Shown here: piece by piece, positions 61,750 to 64,000 of the stretch
How positions within the stretch are numbered: position 1 is the stretch's first letter
How the letters are laid out: each line of letters begins with the position of its first letter
Assembly (NCBI GenBank): GCA_965279115.1
Contig: OZ257137.1
Location: forward strand, 1,206,587 to 1,270,586
DNA from: Burkholderiales bacterium
Lineage (GTDB): Bacteria > Pseudomonadota > Gammaproteobacteria > Burkholderiales > JAEUOS01
Reading direction: 5' to 3'
Length of the DNA stretch: 64,000 nt
The notes under the pieces: model-generated
Database searches by the model: none
Seen by the model: only the letters and a program-made list of their open reading frames with translations
What the model was told of the DNA's origin: nothing
Translations under genes and position numbers: made by a program

Positions 61750-62973
61750 ATGAACGCGCCCCATCCCGCCGTGCCCCCCGCGCCCCGAGCCATCGCACCC
61801 GCGGCTGCCCGCATGGCCGACATCGAAGCCTTCTACGCGATGGAGATCATGCGCGAGGCCAACGCCCTGGAGCGCGCCGGGCGTTCGATCATCTACCTGT
61901 GCGTCGGCGAACCGGATTTCTCGGCACCTGACATGGTGATGCAGGCGGCCGATGCGGCCATGCGGCGCGGCGACACCCACTACACCGTGGCCCTGGGTAT
62001 CGCGCCGCTGCGTGAAGCCATTGCCGGCTTCTACCGTACCCGCCACGGGTTCATGCTGCCGCCAGAGCGGGTGGCGGTGACCGCCGGCGCATCCGGCGCC
62101 ATGCTGATCCTCTTCGGCACCCTGGTCAATCCGGGTGACGAATGGCTGATGCCGGACCCGACCTACCCATGCAACCGGCGCTTCATTTCACTCTATGGCG
62201 GCACCACCCGGCTGATACCCTGCGGCCCCGCGGAGAATTACCAGTTGACGCCGGAACTGGTGGACCGGCACTGGGGGCCCAACACCCGCGGCGTGATGCT
62301 GGCCTCGCCCTCCAACCCGACCGGAACCACCGTACCTGTCGAGGCGATGCGCGGCATCCATGAGGTGGTCCGCCGGCGTGGCGGAACCCTCCTGATCGAC
62401 GAGATCTATCACGGCCTCACCTATACGCGTGACGCAGCGGGAAATTTCAGCGAAGAGCCTACTGCGCTCGCACTGGGCGACGATGTCTTTGTCATCAACA
62501 GCTTTTCCAAGTACTTCAGCATGACCGGCTGGCGCCTGGGCTGGCTGGTGGCACCCGATTCGTACATGAAGCATGTCGAAAAACTGGCACAAAACCTGTT
62601 CATCTGTCCGCCCACCATCGCCCAGCACGCAGCGCTGGCCTGCTTCACCCCCGAAGCACTCGCCATCCACGAGACCCGCCGGGCCGAGTTTGCCGCGCGT
62701 CGCGACTATCTGATCCCGGCACTGCGCAAGCTCGGCTTCCTCATCCCCAACACGCCTGAAGGCGCGTTCTACGTCTACGCGGAAATCTCCAACCTCTCCG
62801 ACGACAGCTTCCGCTTTTGCACCGAGGTGCTGCACGGCGCCGGCGTGGCCATCACGCCGGGGCGCGATTTCGGCGATGTGGATGCCCACAAATACGTCCG
62901 TTTCACTTACACCATCGGCATCCCGCAACTGACCGAAGTCGTCGCGCGGCTCGCGGCCTTCCTGAAGCGCTGA
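61750..62973 (+). CDS. Class I/II pyridoxal-phosphate-dependent aminotransferase
   Basis: 407 aa. ...YLCVGEPDF..., NPTG and SFSKYFSMTGWRLGW (PLP-lysine motif). The start could alternatively be the ATG at 61813. Confidence 0.85.
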   Translation: MNAPHPAVPPAPRAIAPAAARMADIEAFYAMEIMREANALERAGRSIIYLCVGEPDFSAPDMVMQAADAAMRRGDTHYTVALGIAPLREAIAGFYRTRHGFMLPPERVAVTAGASGAMLILFGTLVNPGDEWLMPDPTYPCNRRFISLYGGTTRLIPCGPAENYQLTPELVDRHWGPNTRGVMLASPSNPTGTTVPVEAMRGIHEVVRRRGGTLLIDEIYHGLTYTRDAAGNFSEEPTALALGDDVFVINSFSKYFSMTGWRLGWLVAPDSYMKHVEKLAQNLFICPPTIAQHAALACFTPEALAIHETRRAEFAARRDYLIPALRKLGFLIPNTPEGAFYVYAEISNLSDDSFRFCTEVLHGAGVAITPGRDFGDVDAHKYVRFTYTIGIPQLTEVVARLAAFLKR

Positions 62974-62991
62974 CCCACAGGGACATTTCGC

Positions 62992-64000
62992 ATGGCCAGA
63001 ATCGCCGTCGGCGGCTTCCAGCACGAAACCAATACGTTCGCTCCCAGCCCGGCCGACTACGCGGCATTCGAATCCGGGGGCGGCTGGCCAGGGCTTTGCG
63101 CCGGCCACGACATCCTGTCGGCCGTGGCGGGCGCCAACATTCCCGCTGCGGGGGCCTTCGAGGCCCTGCATGCCGCCGGGCACTCGACAGTCGGACTGGT
63201 ATGGGCAGCGGCTTCACCTTCCGACCGCGTGACCGCCGATGCCTTCGAGCGTATCGCAGGCGGCCTGGTGGAACGCCTCAAGGCGGCGCTGCCGGTCGAC
63301 GGCGTCTATCTCGACCTGCATGGCGCGATGGTGTCCGAAGCCTACGACGATGGCGAAGGCGAACTGCTGCGCCGCGTCCGCGCGGTGGTGGGCGAGCGTG
63401 TGCCGATCGTGGCAAGTCTCGACCTGCACGCCAATGTCACGCGCCAGATGTTCGCCATCGCCGACGCGCTGACGATCTACCGCACCTACCCGCATGTCGA
63501 CATGGCCGAGACCGGCGCACGCGCGGCGGGATTGCTGAACCGGATGCTGGCCAGCGGGCGCCGCCCCGCCAAGGCCTTCCAGACCTTCGACTATCTCACC
63601 GGCATTCCGTCGCAGTGCAGCTTCATCGAGCCGTGCAAAGGCCTGTACGCGCTCATCGAGACCCTCGACACCCGCCACGGCGTGACGCTCTCCTTCGCGC
63701 CCGGCTTTCCGATGGCGGACTTCGCCGAATGCGGCATGTCGATCACCGGCTACGGTGGCGATGCTGCCGCGCTCAATGCTGCCATGGCCGAACTCGCCGG
63801 TGCCATCGTCGCCGCTGAAAAGGACTTTGCGCTCGAGCTGCACTCACCCGAGGACGCGATCCGCCGCGCACTGCAAACCGGCGCGATCGGGCTGCCGACC
63901 GTGCTGGCAGACACCCAGGACAACCCCGGCGCCGGCGGCAATGGCGACACCACCAGCCTCCTGGCGGCAATGCTGGCGATCCGCCCGCCGGATGCCGTGC
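62992..64000 (+). CDS. M81-family (MlrC-like) metallopeptidase, with the C-terminus beyond the window
   Basis: Not in the track as a complete ORF. My own translation from the ATG at 62992 reads MARIAVGGFQHETNTFAPSPADYAAFE...VDGVYLDLHGAMV...ASLDLHAN...YRTYPHVDM, the typical MlrC N-terminal domain. Confidence 0.8.
   Translation, partial: MARIAVGGFQHETNTFAPSPADYAAFESGGGWPGLCAGHDILSAVAGANIPAAGAFEALHAAGHSTVGLVWAAASPSDRVTADAFERIAGGLVERLKAALPVDGVYLDLHGAMVSEAYDDGEGELLRRVRAVVGERVPIVASLDLHANVTRQMFAIADALTIYRTYPHVDMAETGARAAGLLNRMLASGRRPAKAFQTFDYLTGIPSQCSFIEPCKGLYALIETLDTRHGVTLSFAPGFPMADFAECGMSITGYGGDAAALNAAMAELAGAIVAAEKDFALELHSPEDAIRRALQTGAIGLPTVLADTQDNPGAGGNGDTTSLLAAMLAIRPPDAV

Overview
This is a visibly GC-rich bacterial chromosomal segment, densely coding on both strands. 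I call about 62 protein genes, one tRNA and one riboswitch. Gene content suggests a betaproteobacterium: several Bug/TctC-type solute-binding proteins, the aerobic box benzoyl-CoA pathway, a PEP-CTERM protein, and a tkt-gap-pgk-pyk-fba-purC-purE-purK-tsaC string. That taxonomic guess is inference only. Layout by region: (1) 0-3 kb holds small enzymes and cspA. (2) 3-11 kb holds an ABC transporter/D-aminoacylase cluster and a convergent TctC-enolase-RidA unit. (3) 11.3-12.7 kb is an AT-richer islet with an orphan PEP-CTERM protein, a small membrane ORF, and a tandem glycine riboswitch preceding a DadA-family dehydrogenase. (4) 14-22 kb holds benzoate-CoA ligase, boxR and boxCBA. (5) 22-33 kb holds core purine and central-carbon genes. 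(6) 33-49.5 kb holds unassigned oxidative catabolic genes: an orphan SBP plus 2OG oxygenase behind a sigma-54-type promoter; an eight-gene minus-strand string (TRAP transporter, TauD-type dioxygenase, TctC, deacetylase, DUF2062, SDR); a FAD monooxygenase; a GNAT; and an SDR/racemase-like/acyl-CoA dehydrogenase trio. (7) 49.7-50.6 kb holds tRNA-Gly(CCC) with an adjacent NinX/DUF2591-like phage-remnant gene. (8) 50.6-64 kb holds housekeeping genes (alkA-like, thiSG, trmB, uppP, maeB), a MacAB-type efflux operon whose adaptor carries an unusual internal LTXXQ-type insertion, an aminotransferase, and an MlrC-like peptidase. I found no CRISPR array, transposase, integrase, rRNA or recognisable defence island, and no clear-cut wholly novel multi-gene system. 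The most interesting items are the riboswitch-gene pairing, the adaptor insertion and the unassigned catabolic string. All functional calls come from reading motifs in the supplied translations and the raw sequence; none has been verified by a database search.
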